Assembly: GCA_002104905.1 (NCBI GenBank)
Contig: MCFE01000024.1
Coordinates: 167,501 to 231,500 of the forward strand
DNA length: 64,000 nt
Source of the DNA: Basidiobolus meristosporus CBS 931.73
Lineage: Eukaryota; Fungi; Basidiobolomycota
Direction: 5' to 3'
Shown here: piece by piece, positions 62,501 through 64,000 of the stretch
Layout of the letters: each line of letters begins with the position of its first letter
How positions within the stretch are numbered: the first letter of the stretch is position 1
Notes under the pieces: generated by a model
The model's input: only the letters and a program-made list of their open reading frames with translations
Databases searched by the model: none
What the model was told of the DNA's origin: nothing
Position numbers and translations under genes: made by a program

Positions 62501-63999
62501 TTAGTTGACGTTGCCGTCACTTCGATCGAGGAGTCTTTATAAGTTATCAAATTGCTCGACTCCTTCTGGCTAGCAGATTCATGAGCAGCTTGACTAGCGC
62601 TCCTCTTTACGGAGGACTCCGTGGAATGAGCAGAATAAAATGATTCATCATGCTTACCGGTAGACGTACGAGCTGATGCTTCAGTGCTCTTGTTATCTGA
62701 ACCGGTAACCTTATGTGAGTTCGAGGACTTCTGGTATTTGCTTAATGACTTCTTTGAGGTCTTGGCAGCGGAAGACTCGGCAGAACGAACAGACTCAGCG
62801 TGATGGACGCTATGTGAGGGTTCCTTATGCTCGCTGTCAGATTTGTTGGTAGACTCACTGGGGTTCTTCTCGAATGATAATGAAGTCGCATGAACAGAAT
62901 TGGAGGATTCAGTGGCCTTATGAGCTATTAATGATTGCTTGGTCTTGCTAGTAACCTTATGCGCGGTCTCCCTAGAGCTCTTCTTGGCTGAAGATTCGGT
63001 AGCCTTATGCGAGGGCATAGATTCTTCAGACTTGCTAACAGATTGATGTGTGGGCTCACTAGAAGATGTCTCTGATGAAGATTCACTTAGATGGGCGGGG
63101 TTGGAGGATTCGGTTGCCTTATGAGATGGCGCTGATTTCTCGTGGTTGCCAGCAGTCTTGAGGACAGACTCATTAGAACTCTTCGTGACTGACGTCTCGG
63201 TAGGCTTGGTAGCAGAATACTCAGACTGGTTGACAGATTTGTAAGCAGACTCGTTGGTGCTCTTCATGGCTGAAGACTCGGTAGGGTGAACAGAGGTGGA
63301 AGTTTCAGTAGTCTTACGTGAGATTGGTGTCTCCTCGTGCTTGCTAGCAGACTGATGAGCAGATTCACTCGGAGTCTTGTCCGCAGAAGATTCAGTAGTG
63401 TGCGGAGACTCACTATGATGAATGGAATGCGAGGATTCCTCATGCTTGCTCACCGATTTCAGAACAGACTTAGTGGAGCTCTTCCTGGTTGAAGACTCCG
63501 GTGGATAAGCAGAGTTGGAACTCTCAGTAGTCTGAAGGGAGATCGATGACTCTTTAGACTCACTAGAGCTCTTCTGGGCCGATGACTCGGTAGGCTTGTG
63601 TGGGATGGTAGATTCCTCATGCTTGCTGACAGACTTGCGAGTAGATTCGCGAGTGCTCGCCTTGGCTGAAGACTCGGTAGGGTGAACAGTGGTGGAAGTT
63701 TCAGTAGTCTTACGTGAGATTGGTGTCTCCTCGTGCTTGCTAGCAGACTGATGAGCAGATTCACTCGGAGTCTTGTCCGCAGAAGATTCAGTAGTGCGCG
63801 AAGACTCACTATGATGGATGGAATGCGAGGATTCTTCATGCTTGCTCACCGATTTTTGAACAGACTTGCTGGTGCTCTGCTTGGCTGAAGACTCGGTAGG
63901 GTGAACAGAGGTGGAAGTTTCAGTAGATTTATGGGATATCGATAACCCCTTGTGCTTGCTAAATGACTTGGGAGTCGATTCACTTGTAGTCTTGTCCGC
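56590..63999 (-). CDS. Giant Ser/Thr/Val-rich mucin/adhesin-like repeat protein (>2,460 aa; 5' end outside the window) with C-terminal CBM19-like domain
   Basis: Single open frame from the window edge (ADKTTSESTPKS...) to the stop at 56590; the track's start at 63849 is an internal GTG. Three successive repeat blocks, then a six-Cys domain. Confidence 0.9.
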   Translation of the reverse strand, partial: ADKTTSESTPKSFSKHKGLSISHKSTETSTSVHPTESSAKQSTSKSVQKSVSKHEESSHSIHHSESSRTTESSADKTPSESAHQSASKHEETPISRKTTETSTTVHPTESSAKASTRESTRKSVSKHEESTIPHKPTESSAQKSSSESKESSISLQTTESSNSAYPPESSTRKSSTKSVLKSVSKHEESSHSIHHSESPHTTESSADKTPSESAHQSASKHEETPISRKTTETSTSVHPTESSAMKSTNESAYKSVNQSEYSATKPTETSVTKSSNESVLKTAGNHEKSAPSHKATESSNPAHLSESSSETSSSEPTHQSVSKSEESMPSHKATESSAKKSSRETAHKVTSKTKQSLIAHKATESSNSVHATSLSFEKNPSESTNKSDSEHKEPSHSVHHAESVRSAESSAAKTSKKSLSKYQKSSNSHKVTGSDNKSTEASARTSTGKHDESFYSAHSTESSVKRSASQAAHESASQKESSNLITYKDSSIEVTATSTKKTTMMEPTATATTVTVTLKPSSGVTLKPVVSVEVTVSEPAQTVTEPTLTVDHSITLKPSDVTLTPIASVQVTMTEPTVTVTEPTHTVEHSTTLKPSESIILKPVTSIEVSIAEPTAIITEPTITLHQSITLRPSEIVTLKPVTSVDITITEPRVTVTEKATTNDHSLIIQPSVSVTLRPVTSVEVTITEPTVTVTKPQVTIEHYDTFKPSKEITLTPLTSVEITVTEPTVTVTRKADTIYHSITVRPSKEVTIQPVTSVDVTLAEPTNTVIEKTVTVPYSITVRPSDEVTVEPVTSIEVTLTKPSITVTKMPATVEHFVTVKPSKEVTTQPVASVDVTLTQPTITVTEKPDTIEHSVTVRPSKEVTVQQVSSVEVTLTKPTITITEKPATVEHFVTVKPSKEVTTQPVASVDVTLTRPTILVTEIPDTIEHSVTVGPSKEVTVQQVSSIEVTLTKPTITITEKPATVEHFVTVKPSKEVTTQPVASVDVTLTQPTITVTEKPDTIEHSVTVGPSKEVTVQQVSSVEVTLTKPTITITEKPATVEHFVTVKPSKEVTTRPVASVDVTLTRPTITVTGKPDTIEHSVTVGPSKEVTDQQVSSIEVTLTKPTITITEKPATVEHFVTVKPSKEVTTQPVASVDVTLTQPTITVTEKPDTIEHSVTVGPSKEVTVQQVSSIEVTLTKPTITIIEKPATVEHSVTARPSKKATVQPVISAVTITTGSTVKITESPATISTTSTHSAARTATVANSNGNIHTVVDHTVTVTEATAGVHTSNQNGSRARTLTFTKHSGDVHTVVDRTVIVTEPIKQPTIRPDVNSGARTITATKSNGIVQTGADRTMAISGSTAVAYSNGAQSDAPTITFTKSKGNPHTMDDRTITVTNTKTILQHTVTIFESSGNHVTASTVETVITPTVTVADTALHTATNVTGETITHTVVQPTVTAVGSSGNHVTASTTETVVQPTATVFNTALHTVTVVIGETDIHTVVQPTVTIAGSSGDHVIASTIETAVETTVTVADTALHIVTDVTGETVGHTIAHQVTDAKTIAQPTITVVEPSGDHVIASVIRTIAAPTVTVVDTALHTVTDITGKTLTHTVVHKVTAAKTIVQPAVTVFKSSDDQVIASTIETVVEPTVTVVETALHTVINATGVTLDHTVVQPTVTVVGPGGNHVITSTIETVVEPAITVVDTALHTATDVIGETVIHTIVHKVAATKTIVQPTVTVVESSGDHVIASNIETAVEPTVTVVDTTLRTVTDDTGETGIHTIVDKVTATKTIVQPTVTVVESSDGHVTASITANVETTVTVVETALHTATNVTGETAFYTFVQPTVTDFKTIVRPTVTVVENSGGHVTVSTIETVVEPTVTVVGTALHTLTNIAGETVIPTVVQPTVTVAESSSNHAVASTIETVIEPTVTVVGTALHTITDVTGETVVHTVVQPTVTDAKTNVRPTVTVVESSINHVIASTIETVVEPTFTVIETALHTVTDVTGETVIHTVVQPTVTVAGTSGDHVIASTIETAVEPTVTVVDKALHTVTVVNSETVVHTIVNQGTDAEPIVHPTVTHTVTVADTALHTVIDVTGETVVHQVTDTKTIVQPTVTVAESSSNHITVSTIETAVEPTVTVVDTALRTVTDVTGETIVPTTVHKAVDVKTIIPPTVTDADTTHRTVTVFIGGTVARDATIAHTMVQPTVNIVNTATHTVTDTHEGTGFESVAQPTVTIVETTVKPKATDATTAAHTVTVVSGGATAQKFTDFQTIIQPTVTVVQTQVGDVNVETIAEPTVTAATVTVVVSGTTAQVVTDFQTVTVVETDIHNDILPTVTVVDTSLQAVVEPTVTAHQSTVTVMNSVIKTVEEPVVRPTMTVVESVESTVTDIVYDTTANPIETSTDACEIEYVTVTATVTVTKEAPKVTPTNAVECVEAQYTCSDSGVSPSFYVCINGRLIQNHCASGTVCKSVGHSIICDWQYTS
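56605..56745 (-). other. CBM19-like (Cts1-type chitin-binding) domain
   Basis: C-x6-C-x11-C-x9-C-ASGTV-C-x8-C-DW; spacing and the CASGT-x-C motif resemble the yeast chitinase Cts1 C-terminal module. Confidence 0.7.
57500..59830 (-). repeat. Coding tandem repeat block 3: ~50-60 aa T/V-rich units
   Basis: Recurrent VVQPTVTVVESSGDHVIASTIETAVEPTVTVVDTALHTVTDVTGETVIHT with variable inserts. Confidence 0.9.
60375..62460 (-). repeat. Coding tandem repeat block 2: 114-bp (38-aa) units, homogenised as a 228-bp dimer in 60400-61570
   Basis: TTACAGAGTGCTCAA recurs at 60516, 60744, 60972, 61200 and 61428 (period 228). Confidence 0.95.
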
Positions 64000-64000
64000 A
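62550..64000 (-). repeat. Coding repeat block 1: S/E/K/H-rich units (SKHEES, TESSA) including a 396-bp duplication
   Basis: SKHEESSHSIHHSES...SKHEETPISRKTTETST occurs twice, 396 bp apart (CATGCTTGCTCACC at 63441 and 63837). Confidence 0.9.

Noticed and set aside
1-64000. tRNA, rRNA, CRISPR arrays or prokaryotic/viral systems
   Set aside because: No T-loop/cloverleaf, rRNA signature or repeat-spacer array seen by eye; the regular repeats are all coding or LTRs. tRNAscan-SE/Infernal were not run.

Overview
Eukaryotic, most likely fungal, genomic DNA (58-93 bp GT-AG introns, fungal-type glycogen synthase, CBM19-like module). An early-diverging lineage such as Basidiobolus is plausible but unproven. 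The window alternates between strongly CpG-depleted transposon islands (~1-15.5 kb, ~35.3-39.7 kb, ~46-55.2 kb) and CpG-normal zones. The islands hold one full-length decayed Ty1/Copia element (2320-7003, ATAAC TSD), Copia and Gypsy pol fragments, a CACTA transposase fragment, at least 12 copies of one ~350-bp LTR, and a tail-to-tail fusion of two Copia siblings. The Copia elements carry the GGTTATG(A/G)GCCC-type PBS of half-tRNA-iMet priming. Four host genes are supported: a 136-aa orphan with a duplicated 38-aa core (20631-21041), an 8-exon Sec7+PH Arf-GEF (30095-32749), a 3-exon glycogen synthase (41517-43681, minus), and a >2,460-aa Ser/Thr/Val-rich repeat protein ending in a CBM19-like six-Cys domain (56590 to beyond the right edge, minus), which carries a 1,118-codon in-register antisense ORF. 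No tRNA, rRNA or CRISPR array was recognised. All alignments and counts were done by eye; no database searches were run.
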